In this document: piece after piece, positions 47,137 to 57,504 of the stretch
Numbering within the stretch: the stretch's first letter is position 1
Layout: each line of letters starts with the position of its first letter
IMG/VR virus record: IMGVR_UViG_3300030330_003968
Location: 5,711 to 69,710 of that record
Reading direction: 5' to 3' (one strand)
Length of the DNA: 64,000 bases
From: a virus
Lineage: Duplodnaviria > Caudoviricetes
Made by a program: the position numbers and the translations under genes
Notes under the pieces: generated by a model
Database searches by the model: none
What the model saw: the letters and a program-made list of their open reading frames with translations, nothing else
What the model was told of the DNA's origin: nothing

Positions 47137-48042
47137 ATGAATTGGACAGAAAAATACAGACCACAAAGAGTAAGTGATATAAGAGGACAAATTAAATTTG
47201 TATCAGATGCAAACTCATGGATTGAAAGAGGCGATATGCCTAATGTTTTAATCTATGGAAATCCTGGAAATGGTAAAACAACAGCAGGACATTGTTTAGC
47301 AAATGAATTTTTAGGTGATGGTAAGAGCGTTAATTTTATTGAGATTAATGCAAGCCAAGATAGAAAGTTAGATACAATTAGAAATACTATTTCTAACTTT
47401 GCGAATACTAAAGGTACAACACCTTTCAAGATTTGTATGTTAGATGAGATAGATGGTATGACAAGAGATTCTCAAAGAGCATTAAAGAGAGTTATGGAAA
47501 GAGCAACCAATGTTAGGTTTATTATTACTTGTAATGAACATAGTGATGTTGATTATGCTATCCGTAGTAGATGTGCTAATTATTGGTTTGAACCTCTTAG
47601 TATTGATGGTATGGTAGAAATGCTTTGGCAAATTGCTGAAGAAGAAAATATTGTATTAATAAAAGATGAAGTTATTGATTTCTGTAAATCACTTAATGGT
47701 GATATGCGTAGAGGTATTAATGAATTACAAGCCATCGCATTTAGTGGTTCAAGTTTAAGCAAAAAGACAAAAGAGTTTATGATAAATTACGATAAGATTT
47801 TGGATATGCTTGTGGATGGACAAGTTTTTGAAGCAAATGACCTATTGATGAAAGAAGTATTAAGTGGTCGTTCTGTAAAAGAAATATGTAATAATCTACA
47901 TCATTGTGTATTAGATATGGAAATTGATAGAAGCATTATGTTTAAGTGCCTCAGTCATATAGGAGAAATGGAATGGAGAAGCAAGTCAATGACTCCAAAA
48001 ATAATCGTGTCGTGGTTCTCGGCACAATTCATTGACAACTAA
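47137..48042 (+). CDS. rfcS: Replication factor C small subunit
   Basis: WTEKYRP, GNPGNGKTT, EINAS, LDEID, FIITCN, IRSRC, GDMRRGINELQ. Confidence 0.95.
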   Translation: MNWTEKYRPQRVSDIRGQIKFVSDANSWIERGDMPNVLIYGNPGNGKTTAGHCLANEFLGDGKSVNFIEINASQDRKLDTIRNTISNFANTKGTTPFKICMLDEIDGMTRDSQRALKRVMERATNVRFIITCNEHSDVDYAIRSRCANYWFEPLSIDGMVEMLWQIAEEENIVLIKDEVIDFCKSLNGDMRRGINELQAIAFSGSSLSKKTKEFMINYDKILDMLVDGQVFEANDLLMKEVLSGRSVKEICNNLHHCVLDMEIDRSIMFKCLSHIGEMEWRSKSMTPKIIVSWFSAQFIDN

Positions 48043-48068
48043 AGAAAAGACAAAGGAAAGTGAAAAAT

Positions 48069-49313
48069 ATGAATGAAAGAATAGAAAAAGAATTGAATGG
48101 ATTAGCAAACAAATTGGGTAAGTCTGAAGCCGAAATGCTTGAGAAGTACAACGAAATTGCAGAAAGTAACAACCTTGATTTAGAGAATGAGCGACAACAA
48201 ATGGTTGCACTAACTCTAACAAGAAACTTTGTAAGAGGTTCTCTAAAGTCTAATACTACTAAGAGAAGTAGTGGTGGATATGGAAATGATGCTTTTGGAT
48301 TTGTTGTTGGGTCTGAACCTGCAAGAGATGTTCAAGAATGGAAGAGAAAGACTTTGATTAGTGATTATAATAGTAATCCTAATACTGTATTCAATGAAGA
48401 AAGATGTGCTGAAGTTGTACTAACTGATGCAGGTTATGAAAAGAGTCAAGTTGTAGATGGTGATGTACAAACTAAGGTAATTCCTCAATTGCCTAATTCA
48501 TCTATTGAAGTAGAAGAAAATAAGTGGATTGTACCTCTTGATAATATTAAGTCTTTTATGAGTGGAGATTCAAACCCTCGCTATGGAAAGCCTCTACCTG
48601 CTGAAGAATTTAGAAGAAGAGTACATTTAATTGCAAAGAAAGACGGTGGAGATTATCAATATTGGACTTTTGGTTTGAAGAATATTGCCGCTAAAGAATG
48701 GGATGTAAAACCATTTGAGTGGATTCATCTAAATGCTTTATTTAATGATGACAGAAATGCTTGTTATGGTATCAAGGGAAGAACACTTGCTTCTCTACAA
48801 TACAATGCTAACTTAGATGAAGATGATGATTTGTATGTTGGTAAGTTGCCTTCTATGGAAGATTTACTTGTAGATTGTATGGAAGAATATATTGCTGATT
48901 TGATGGAGATTGAAGATTATCATTCTACTATTATGTCAAATCCAGGAATGAAACTATGTATTACCGATGGTATTGTAAGCAGTATGAATTTGACTGTAAA
49001 TGAAAAGACAGGAAATAGAGTATTGTGGATTGAACCTGCTGATGCAAGTTATGGATTTGAAGAAGCCGATATTCCTGATTCAACCCCATGTTGGATTCCT
49101 TCTAATGTGGAAATTGATTTTGGCGTAGGTTCTGATATTATTGTTATTGGTAGAACAAATCAAACTCTAAAAAGAGATGAAGATGGAAACCAATTAGAAG
49201 ATGAATGGAATCCTGTTTCAATGAATGTATATGGTATTCTACCGAGAGTTGCTCTTGGTGCACCGAATGAAGTTATAGAATCATCTGATGATGAATCATT
49301 GAGTTATTGGTGA
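48069..49313 (+). CDS. Putative ssDNA-binding/RPA-like OB-fold protein
   Basis: beta-rich C-terminal ITDGIVSSMN...FGVGSDIIVIGRT; acidic tail; located in replication module. Confidence 0.5.
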   Translation: MNERIEKELNGLANKLGKSEAEMLEKYNEIAESNNLDLENERQQMVALTLTRNFVRGSLKSNTTKRSSGGYGNDAFGFVVGSEPARDVQEWKRKTLISDYNSNPNTVFNEERCAEVVLTDAGYEKSQVVDGDVQTKVIPQLPNSSIEVEENKWIVPLDNIKSFMSGDSNPRYGKPLPAEEFRRRVHLIAKKDGGDYQYWTFGLKNIAAKEWDVKPFEWIHLNALFNDDRNACYGIKGRTLASLQYNANLDEDDDLYVGKLPSMEDLLVDCMEEYIADLMEIEDYHSTIMSNPGMKLCITDGIVSSMNLTVNEKTGNRVLWIEPADASYGFEEADIPDSTPCWIPSNVEIDFGVGSDIIVIGRTNQTLKRDEDGNQLEDEWNPVSMNVYGILPRVALGAPNEVIESSDDESLSYW

Positions 49314-49318
49314 TTTTA

Positions 49319-49474
49319 ATGAATTGGAAGAAGTTAGGATTTTACAGTAGTTTAGTATCTATTGTTGGTAGTATTGCTATCTATGCTTTGCACGATGAGA
49401 ATTTAGGTATTTTTGTTGGGCTTTGGGCATCAGCATTATTACTTCTATCAGATAGAGTCGAAGAAGTACTTTGA
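49319..49474 (+). CDS. Small two-TM membrane protein (51 aa)
   Basis: manual translation MNWKKLGFYSSLVSIVGSIAIYAL...GIFVGLWASALLLL. Confidence 0.55.
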   Translation: MNWKKLGFYSSLVSIVGSIAIYALHDENLGIFVGLWASALLLLSDRVEEVL

Positions 49475-49556
49475 TTGTGCTTTGATTTATGATGTGTAAT
49501 CGTAGGCGTTAATGACGGTCATAGAGGTGCGAAGCCTATACAAATGAGGTATTCAA

Positions 49557-49775
49557 ATGAGTGAAGAAAGATATGTAAGAATGAATCAGTTAAGTTTAGA
49601 CTTGGCTGAAGTAGAAGCAATTGAGTGGAAGAAAATAGATGATGATGAAAATATATCAGCGCAAGATTTGTATTCAATAAGAATACATCTAAAGAGTGGT
49701 AAAATGTATTCAAGACAATTATTTGAAACTCAATTTGATGAACTGAAAGAACAGTTTAAAGGATTAATTAATTAA
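49557..49775 (+). CDS. Hypothetical protein
   Basis: GAGGT RBS. Confidence 0.6.
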   Translation: MSEERYVRMNQLSLDLAEVEAIEWKKIDDDENISAQDLYSIRIHLKSGKMYSRQLFETQFDELKEQFKGLIN

Positions 49776-49793
49776 AAAAGGAAGTGAAGAAAA

Positions 49794-50708
49794 ATGGGAA
49801 TAGGAAATAAGAAAGGAAATGCGGCAGGAAGTGTATTGAAAAATGCAAAGGAAGAAAGCGGATTATCTGCTTTTAAGGAAGCAAAACTAAGAGCAATGAA
49901 TCAGCGAAAGAAATTACTTGAGCAAGATTCAGCATTTATGATTTGTGGAATTAGTGGAAATCCAGGAACAGGTAAAACAGGAATTGCTTTAGATTGTAGA
50001 ACCGAAGAAGAAAAAGAAACACATTGGTTGTTTATTCTTGATTTTGATGAAGGTGCTGAACCTACATGGAGGCAACATTGGGCTAACGATGAAAAGATTG
50101 TTATCTTTAATCCATATATTTACAATGAAGATATGACTGTTGATTATTTGGCTACGGCTGATATGGCAAGATTCTTTATTGCTATGGTTAAGGAAGCAAT
50201 TGAAACAGGACAAATTGAAGATGGTGAAGATACTGTACAAATTGATGCAGTAAAGGCTATTGTTTTTGATGGACTTGATTCATGGTTAGATACTACAAAT
50301 ATGATTGCAAGATTAAATCATATTAAGGGTAAAGACCCAAGAGCAGCAGATAAAGTAAAAATGGTTCCTACACAATGGTATGCAAGAACAGAAGAGTATA
50401 AGAGATTATTTAAGGCGGCTTGTCAATTAAGATGTCATAAATTCTTTATTACTCATATGAAAGAAGTACATGATGGATTTGATATTGTTGGTATGAAGCC
50501 TGATTGGGAGAAATCTACAACGGCTAAATTATTCCAACACATTGAATGTAAAATGGAAGAAAGAGGTAAGACATTTAAACTTACAGGAACAGTTAGAAAG
50601 TCTAAGACTAATGCTGATAATGTAGGTCAAACATTTACAATTATGGAAAATAATGGTAAAGAAATTGTATGGAATGGTATTCCTGCAATTAGCGAGAATA
50701 CTCTTTGA
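49794..50708 (+). CDS. RecA-superfamily ATPase (AAA_24/Sak4-like)
   Basis: Walker A GNPGTGKT, LDFDEG, Walker B IVFDG, FITH. Confidence 0.75.
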   Translation: MGIGNKKGNAAGSVLKNAKEESGLSAFKEAKLRAMNQRKKLLEQDSAFMICGISGNPGTGKTGIALDCRTEEEKETHWLFILDFDEGAEPTWRQHWANDEKIVIFNPYIYNEDMTVDYLATADMARFFIAMVKEAIETGQIEDGEDTVQIDAVKAIVFDGLDSWLDTTNMIARLNHIKGKDPRAADKVKMVPTQWYARTEEYKRLFKAACQLRCHKFFITHMKEVHDGFDIVGMKPDWEKSTTAKLFQHIECKMEERGKTFKLTGTVRKSKTNADNVGQTFTIMENNGKEIVWNGIPAISENTL

Positions 50709-50877
50709 CTTGGTTATGACGGACTCTAAAATTGATAATTCGTTATGTAAATTGTGAGTCTATACAACCATGAAAAGATATAGGGTTTTGTTAAGCGGTA
50801 ATTGAATAGAGAAGTGGCTAATGCAAACGGGGTTTTCCTCCATCCTTCTATTTCCCCTACTTTAAGGAGATGTTAAT

Positions 50878-51639
50878 ATGAAATGTAAAGTTAATGGTAA
50901 ATTGTTAAAAGAGAAGATTGAAAGTGTATTATTGAAAGGCAAATGGAACAACGGTGGTAGTAGTAAAAATACTATCCTTTGTCCATCAGTTATCATTAGT
51001 GTACAGAATGAGAATATATGTAAGTTATCTAATGGTAACCCTTCTACATATGTTTCTAATACTTTAGAACTTATAGAGTTAGAAGATTGTGAAACAGGTA
51101 GAGTTTCAGTAGATTCTGAAATCCTATTGAAATATCTACCTAAAGAAGATTGTATTCTTCAATTGGTAAATAATATTTTTCAATTGGTTTCTGAAAGAAA
51201 GACAGTAAGAATTCCTATATTAGAAAGACATGAAAATAATGATAGTATTTTATTTGTTGAAAAGAATCTAAATATAGAAAGAAATATTAATACTGAAGTT
51301 ACAGTTAGTGCAAGAACAACACTAAATACAAGAGTTAAAGTTAGTACCGATGAATTGGTAAATGCTTTATCAGATTGTGAAGCAGTTGGAACTTCAGTTT
51401 TTCAGTTAGATTATGATGGTGAACATTTAAATGTTTCATCATCTAATGGGACAGAATTAGTTATGGTAAAGATTGAACCTATGGAATCCGTAGGTGAAAA
51501 AGCAACAATGGAATTTAGCGCACCTGTACATAAATATTTAGAAGGTCGTGCTACAATTTTATCTTTTGAAGATGAAACTCCACTTGCATTACTAAGTGGT
51601 AATTTAAAAGTGTTAAGAGCACCAAGAATAGAACATTAA
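50878..51639 (+). CDS. pcn: DNA sliding clamp (PCNA-like)
   Basis: about 250 aa two-domain alpha/beta pattern ending ETPLALL...LRAPRIE as in PCNA; RFC and PolB nearby. Confidence 0.7.
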   Translation: MKCKVNGKLLKEKIESVLLKGKWNNGGSSKNTILCPSVIISVQNENICKLSNGNPSTYVSNTLELIELEDCETGRVSVDSEILLKYLPKEDCILQLVNNIFQLVSERKTVRIPILERHENNDSILFVEKNLNIERNINTEVTVSARTTLNTRVKVSTDELVNALSDCEAVGTSVFQLDYDGEHLNVSSSNGTELVMVKIEPMESVGEKATMEFSAPVHKYLEGRATILSFEDETPLALLSGNLKVLRAPRIEH

Positions 51640-51648
51640 GGTGATTAA

Positions 51649-51891
51649 ATGGGTAAAAAGAATAAGAAAAATATAGATAGAGAAATTATAGAAAGACTAT
51701 TATTAATGACACAGCATTTTGCTAACGCTATTAATTTAGAAACTGCGGCAATATTACATAATATGGGAGTATGTCAAACTTATATTATGCCTGATGAAAA
51801 TGGAAATAACAATTGTCCTATTTGTAGAATGGAAAAAGAAAAGAAAGAAGCGGAGTCGGAAGATAATGACAATGAGCGACCATCAAGATAG
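51649..51891 (+). CDS. Hypothetical protein
   Basis: AGGTGA RBS; CPIC. Confidence 0.5.
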   Translation: MGKKNKKNIDREIIERLLLMTQHFANAINLETAAILHNMGVCQTYIMPDENGNNNCPICRMEKEKKEAESEDNDNERPSR

Positions 51892-52138
51892 CGAGATATT
51901 CGCATATGATAAAACATGGGAACAAATAGAATCTTTTTTAGAAGAAGCCGAAAGAGAGCAAAATAGAAGGTGGACAGCATTTCAAAATTGTCCAAAGCCT
52001 TTGCGTATGCAACATTGGAATAACTACAAAGGATTAGAAGGAGTAATTAATGCTCTAAGATGGGTTCTTGGCGACCTTAGAATGCCAAAAGAGAAAGTAT
52101 TAGGGAGAGATAGTAATGAAAATAGAAGAAAGAGATAG
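51872..52138 (+). CDS. Hypothetical protein
   Basis: MSDHQDS...YKGLEGVINALRWVLG. Confidence 0.55.
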   Translation: MSDHQDSEIFAYDKTWEQIESFLEEAEREQNRRWTAFQNCPKPLRMQHWNNYKGLEGVINALRWVLGDLRMPKEKVLGRDSNENRRKR

Positions 52139-53168
52139 TTTAACTTATGAAGATATTAGTATTATACCGAGTTATTCGGATATTAAAACAAGAAGTCATT
52201 GTGATACATCAGTTGAATTTGGTAATTTTGATTTAAATGTACCATTAATCGCTTCACCAATGGACACAGTATGCGGTTCAGAAATGTGTATTGAATTAGC
52301 AAAACTTGGAGGTATTGGAGTATTACATAGATTTCAAGATATTAAAGAACAAGTAGCATTATGTTATGATATAGAAGCCGAAGTAAGAACACAATATATG
52401 GCAGCAGTTGGAGTAGGACAAAAAGGAAAAGAAAGATTTGATTCCTTAGTAGGATATACTAATATTCAAGGTGTATGTATTGATGTTGCTCATGGCGACC
52501 ATTCTCTTGTAGAAGAAATGATACATTATATCAAAGAAGAATTTGAAGATGTTAATGTAATGGCGGGAAATATTGTAACTAAAGAAAGTGCTGAAAGGTT
52601 AATTGAAGCAGGTGCTGATTCTCTAAGAGTAGGAATTGGTAATGGTTCTATGTGTGAAACAAGAATTAGAGCAGGTGTAGGTGTTCCTCAAGCAACAGCA
52701 TTAGATGATATTTCTAATCATATAAACAATGTTTTAGACTTAGATACTATACCATATATCGTTGCTGATGGTGGTTGTAAAACAGTAGGAGATATTCCTA
52801 AAGCAATTGCTCTTGGTGCTGATGCAGTTATGGTAGGTTCTTTGTTTGCAGGTACAAAAGAAACTCCCGGAATTATATCTAAAATGGGAATTTGGCCCAA
52901 TGAACAATTATACAAAAAGTATCAAGGTTCGGCTTCTATTGATTCAAAAACAGCAAGAGGAGAAGAAACAAAAAATGTAGAGGGTAATTCTAAAATTACT
53001 CCATACAAAGGAAAAGTAAGAAGAATAGTATCAGATATTTCAGACGGAATAAAATCCTCTATGAGTTATGTTGGTGCACATACAATTAGTGAATTTCAAA
53101 ATAGAGCAGTATTTTGTAGAGTTACACAAGCAGGACAATTAGAAGCAAAACCACATGGTTTATATTGA
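52116..53168 (+). CDS. guaB: IMP dehydrogenase / GMP reductase family enzyme without CBS domains
   Basis: [64 protein letters not shown]. Confidence 0.88.
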   Translation: MKIEERDSLTYEDISIIPSYSDIKTRSHCDTSVEFGNFDLNVPLIASPMDTVCGSEMCIELAKLGGIGVLHRFQDIKEQVALCYDIEAEVRTQYMAAVGVGQKGKERFDSLVGYTNIQGVCIDVAHGDHSLVEEMIHYIKEEFEDVNVMAGNIVTKESAERLIEAGADSLRVGIGNGSMCETRIRAGVGVPQATALDDISNHINNVLDLDTIPYIVADGGCKTVGDIPKAIALGADAVMVGSLFAGTKETPGIISKMGIWPNEQLYKKYQGSASIDSKTARGEETKNVEGNSKITPYKGKVRRIVSDISDGIKSSMSYVGAHTISEFQNRAVFCRVTQAGQLEAKPHGLY

Positions 53169-53177
53169 GGTGATAAT

Positions 53178-55580
53178 ATGATTATTAGTGAAGTAAAAAG
53201 TAATATTGAATTGAGATGGAGAGATAATGATGGTAAAAGAATTAATAAAACTGTTACTGATTTTAAACCTTATTTCTTTATTGAAGCAACAGATGATATG
53301 CCCGAATCTATTGAATCGTCAAGTAAGTATTCTCGCAATAGAATTGTTCCTACATATTCAGTAGATAATCATACTTCTTTGGAAGGTAAGCCTTTAGTAA
53401 AAGTTACCTTTGAAACAGTTGGTGATTTTCATAATGCTAAGAATCATTGGGGTAGAACATATGAAGCCGATATTGGTTTAGCAAGAAAGTACACTAATGA
53501 TTGTATGGAAGATATTAAAGAATATAATTTTCGTAAATGGTATCTTGATATTGAAACACAAGTAGGTGGTAGATATGATGGACAAATTAATGCTATTACA
53601 TTCTATGATTCTTTTGATGAATACTATTATGTAATGACACATTTTCCTATTGAACCTCTACCATTTTACAAAGATGTATTAGTTTATGACGATGAAGAAG
53701 ATATGCTTCATGCCTTTGTTAATTTTGTACAAGAGAAAGACCCTGATATGATTATAGGTTGGTATGTATTAGGTTTCGATATTCCTAAGATTATTGAAAG
53801 ATTACTTGCTAATGAAATAAATCCTCAATTACTTTCTCCACATAGAGAAGTTAGGGGAGTATCGCATAACAGAATTTACAATATTAATTATGCTAATACT
53901 TCACAACCAATCAAAGGAAGAATTACATATTGTTTGATGACTCGTTTTGAAAGACTATGGCTTGATTCACAAAGAGGTACACTACCTTCTCTTAAATTAG
54001 ATTATTGTTCTAAGAGATTACTTGGTGAAGATGCAGGTAAGAAAAGAACAAATGCTAAGTTTAATGATGATGAATTTTTTAGACGCTCATGGTTAGAAGA
54101 TACAGAAGTATTCCTTGAATATAACCGAGTCGATGTAGAATTGATGGTTAGAATGGATGATGAAATGAATATTAGTGAAAATGATATTGCTCTACAACAT
54201 CTATTTATTTGTCCTTTTGAATGTGTTTTCCACAATTCACAAATGGGTGCATCTTATTTTATGCGTCATTCAGATTGGATTGCACCAACAGGTATGAAAG
54301 GTATGAAAACAAAATATGAAGCAGCGTTTGTAATGAACCCTGAAGAAGAAGATACTTTTGGACTTCATGAAAATGTTGCAGTATTCGATTTTAAATCTCT
54401 ATATCCAAGTATGATGGCGGCAAGAAACATATCATGGGAAACAAAAACTAATGATGATGATGGACATAATGTACATTTTTCTATGCCTAAAAATTTAGTT
54501 GAGTGGGAAGGAGAAAAACCAAGTGTATCATTCTGTAAAGATAAAATCGGTATATTACCTCAAGCGGTATTAACACTAATGAAAATGCGTGATGAGTACA
54601 AGGCTAAAAGAAAGAATGCTTCTAATGATGAAGAATACAGAAAGTGGGATTCAGCACAAATGGCTACTAAGCGTGGTGTAAATGCTCTTTACGGTGTATT
54701 AGCAAAAGACGGATATGGTTGGGGTGATATGCAAATGGCTCAAGCAATTACAGCAAGTGCAAGAGAAGCCATGAGAAGCGTAGCATTCAAAGCAATAGAT
54801 TTAGGATATGAAGTAATTTACGGACATACAGATTCTATATTTGTAAAGGTAGGTAATGTAGGAGAAGCCGTAGTGCTTTGTAGTAAGTTAAATGAGCATA
54901 TACAGAATGAAGTATTTAATGAACATGTAGTATTAGAATTTGAGAAATACGCAAAGTCGTTTTTCCTATCTAAGAAAAAGAATCGTTATTGTGGGTATCT
55001 ATCATGGAAAGACGGTGAGTTTATTGATGATGAATTTTTTGTTATGGGATTTGAAATGAAAAAGTCAAACGAAACTAAGTTGGCTAAAGAAGTACAATCT
55101 CAAATATTAAAGATGGTTGCATCAGGTAAAACCGAAACTGATGTAACTAAATATGCAAAGGCTATGTATAAAATAGTCAAGGGTGGCAAATACAAACCTT
55201 CCTCAGTTATCAAACAAAGTAGATTGAGAAAGTCATTAGATGAATATGATTCTATTGCAGGTGGTTCAGCAGGTGTTCTGTTTTACAATCAAGAAATAGG
55301 AACAATAGAAGTTGGTGATAGTTATTATTTTTACAATGTAGATAACAAAGGTATTAAGGACTTCCCACGACAGTATGAAGTCAAGGGAAGAATAAGGAAT
55401 GTTGAGTATATTGCATTTAAAAAGTTGGAGGAAGTTATAGATAACTTCCCTATTAATTGGGTTAGATTGGCTGAATCTGAAATTAGTAAGAAGGTCAGTT
55501 TAATATATGAATCTCTAAGGTGGGATTTATCAGCGATAGCCAATGATGGCAGACAAACAACATTAGATAGTTGGTGGTAA
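53178..55580 (+). CDS. polB: Family B DNA polymerase
   Basis: exo LDIET, GFDIP, YNRVD; pol DFKSLYPS, KRGVNALYG, YGHTDS, KKNRY; C-terminal QTTLDSWW PIP box. Confidence 0.96.
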   Translation: MIISEVKSNIELRWRDNDGKRINKTVTDFKPYFFIEATDDMPESIESSSKYSRNRIVPTYSVDNHTSLEGKPLVKVTFETVGDFHNAKNHWGRTYEADIGLARKYTNDCMEDIKEYNFRKWYLDIETQVGGRYDGQINAITFYDSFDEYYYVMTHFPIEPLPFYKDVLVYDDEEDMLHAFVNFVQEKDPDMIIGWYVLGFDIPKIIERLLANEINPQLLSPHREVRGVSHNRIYNINYANTSQPIKGRITYCLMTRFERLWLDSQRGTLPSLKLDYCSKRLLGEDAGKKRTNAKFNDDEFFRRSWLEDTEVFLEYNRVDVELMVRMDDEMNISENDIALQHLFICPFECVFHNSQMGASYFMRHSDWIAPTGMKGMKTKYEAAFVMNPEEEDTFGLHENVAVFDFKSLYPSMMAARNISWETKTNDDDGHNVHFSMPKNLVEWEGEKPSVSFCKDKIGILPQAVLTLMKMRDEYKAKRKNASNDEEYRKWDSAQMATKRGVNALYGVLAKDGYGWGDMQMAQAITASAREAMRSVAFKAIDLGYEVIYGHTDSIFVKVGNVGEAVVLCSKLNEHIQNEVFNEHVVLEFEKYAKSFFLSKKKNRYCGYLSWKDGEFIDDEFFVMGFEMKKSNETKLAKEVQSQILKMVASGKTETDVTKYAKAMYKIVKGGKYKPSSVIKQSRLRKSLDEYDSIAGGSAGVLFYNQEIGTIEVGDSYYFYNVDNKGIKDFPRQYEVKGRIRNVEYIAFKKLEEVIDNFPINWVRLAESEISKKVSLIYESLRWDLSAIANDGRQTTLDSWW

Positions 55581-55581
55581 A

Positions 55582-56058
55582 TTGACAAGAGAAAAAAGTA
55601 ATATTAAAAGAATAATGAAATTGAAAAATGAAATGGATAAGTTGGAAGAAAAGTATAACAAGCATGAAGAAGAAATTGCTAAGTTACAACTTGAAGAAGA
55701 AAGTCTTTGGGTTAAAACAGGCGTTTGTAGTATTTGTATGGAAGTACCTGAAGATGGTATTACCGAATGGCATCATATTATATCACAACATAAATGTAAA
55801 AAAGAAGGACTATTACATTTAATTAGTGCAAGGTCAAATGTTGTTGAACTATGTAAGGCATGTCATGATTTAACTACTGCTTCAATGTTAAGAACAAATT
55901 TAGAAAATGCTACATCAAGAGTTTCTAAAGAGAATGCTGATAAAGAGCCAACAGAAAATCAAATCAAGTATATCAAAAAATTGGGTGGAGATATACCTGA
56001 TGGACTTACCCGACAGGGGGCAAGTCAATTAATTGACGAACTAAAAAAAGCGAAGTAA
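55582..56058 (+). CDS. HNH-family nuclease with C-terminal helical motif
   Basis: CSIC...EWHHI...NVVELCKACH. Confidence 0.7.
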   Translation: MTREKSNIKRIMKLKNEMDKLEEKYNKHEEEIAKLQLEEESLWVKTGVCSICMEVPEDGITEWHHIISQHKCKKEGLLHLISARSNVVELCKACHDLTTASMLRTNLENATSRVSKENADKEPTENQIKYIKKLGGDIPDGLTRQGASQLIDELKKAK

Positions 56059-56096
56059 AAATCCTCCCAAATAGAAATATAAAGAAGGTGTTTAGA

Positions 56097-56960
56097 ATGA
56101 GAAAAGAGAATGGAGAATATACATATAAGTGGGAACCAAATAAAGAAGGCGCACCTATTTTGAAGATTACTAAATCTTCTATTGGTAGTTATGGCTTTTG
56201 TAATCTAAATTATAAGTACGGGTATATTGACGATATTAAACAAAAGACAAGCCCTGCTATGATTAAAGGTACGATTGTACACAATGCACAAGAAGAGTTT
56301 TGGAAAATTGTAAAGATTGATGATGCGTTAGAATTTGTAGAAGAACCTATGAAATTACAAAAGCATTTTAGAAGTCTTTATCCTGAAACTGATAACGAAG
56401 AATATGAGGATTTGTATAGGGCTATGTCAGCCTATAATACTGAAAGATTTATTGAATGTCATCATGAAGAAACACTTAATACATTTATTCCTGTTGGAAA
56501 TGAAATAATGTTAGATGCAAGATACACTACTGAATCTGGTGTTGAAGTACATCTTCAAGGTATTATTGATAGACTATTCTTTGAAGATGATGGTTATATC
56601 CCTATGGAATTAAAGACAGGTGCTTGGAAAGATACTAAGAAAACTATGATGCGTAAAGAAATGGCTTTCTATAAAATACTATTTGAGAATGCCGACCCCG
56701 AACAAATTAGAGGATTAGGATTAGACCCTGAAACTCCATTTACACATTGGGCTTGGTATTATCCAGCAAGTAATTATGTATATGCTGAAAAGGTTTCTAA
56801 GCGTTCTGAAACAGCAGTTAAAGCATCTTTTGAAAAATTGATTAATTCATATTTAGAAGAAGAATTTAATGCTTCATATTTCTATAAAAAATGTATTCAT
56901 TGTGGACATTACGACCATTGCGAAGCGGCTGATGGAGGAAGTCAAAATGATTGGTTCTAA
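56097..56960 (+). CDS. Cas4/RecB-like PD-(D/E)XK exonuclease
   Basis: N-terminal Cys, GTIVH, QGIIDR...ELKTG, C-terminal CIHC...C. Confidence 0.85.
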   Translation: MRKENGEYTYKWEPNKEGAPILKITKSSIGSYGFCNLNYKYGYIDDIKQKTSPAMIKGTIVHNAQEEFWKIVKIDDALEFVEEPMKLQKHFRSLYPETDNEEYEDLYRAMSAYNTERFIECHHEETLNTFIPVGNEIMLDARYTTESGVEVHLQGIIDRLFFEDDGYIPMELKTGAWKDTKKTMMRKEMAFYKILFENADPEQIRGLGLDPETPFTHWAWYYPASNYVYAEKVSKRSETAVKASFEKLINSYLEEEFNASYFYKKCIHCGHYDHCEAADGGSQNDWF

Positions 56961-57420
56961 TGCAGGTGAGGATTTTTACAATAGCGACATAATAGAAAAC
57001 AAAATTAAAGAACGAAGATGGACTATTAATGACATAATTCAAAAAGAAGAAATAGTAACAGAAATAGCAAAAGAGATACTTAGCGAGTTAGATATAGAAA
57101 CTAAATATTATATTATTTGTGATACTGAAATACCAAAAAGAAATATGTCATTTGCTAAAGCCATTTATAATAAAACATTTGATATATTAGAAGAATGGAT
57201 AACTGCTAAGTTAGCATTGTTTCTAAAATCAGCAACGGTGAATTTTAATGATGAACCTATTAAAGCACTTGAATCATTTATTGAAGAGGGTGAAGGAGAG
57301 TTGGAATCAAATGAAAATAGTGATGACGAAGATGAGAAAGTAATGACTTTAAAAGAAAGAATAAAATTAGATACTAAACAATTAGATGATAAAGAAATGA
57401 AAAAGAGAGGAATGAAATGA
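56947..57420 (+). CDS. Hypothetical protein
   Basis: GGAGG RBS before MIGSNAG. Confidence 0.55.
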   Translation: MIGSNAGEDFYNSDIIENKIKERRWTINDIIQKEEIVTEIAKEILSELDIETKYYIICDTEIPKRNMSFAKAIYNKTFDILEEWITAKLALFLKSATVNFNDEPIKALESFIEEGEGELESNENSDDEDEKVMTLKERIKLDTKQLDDKEMKKRGMK

Positions 57421-57504
57421 AAAGAAGGTGTAAAGTTATAGGCTGTAAGGCTGAATTAACTAAGCCTGAAAAAATATTTTGTTCTATACATGAATATGTA
57501 AAAG

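Noticed and set aside
43259-49474. N-terminal Trp in ligase (MLWNDF), RFC (MNWTEKYRP) and the 49319 membrane peptide (MNWKKL) as W-leader copies
   Set aside because: They lack the [ILV][LI]K ending; WTEKYRP is the standard RFC N-terminal box
1406-55580. Inteins or introns in terminase, RNR or PolB
   Set aside because: Protein lengths are ordinary, catalytic motifs are contiguous and no intein splice motifs were seen
56097-56960. Cas4-like gene as part of a CRISPR-Cas system
   Set aside because: No cas1/cas2 or array; solo Cas4-like nucleases are common in viral replication modules
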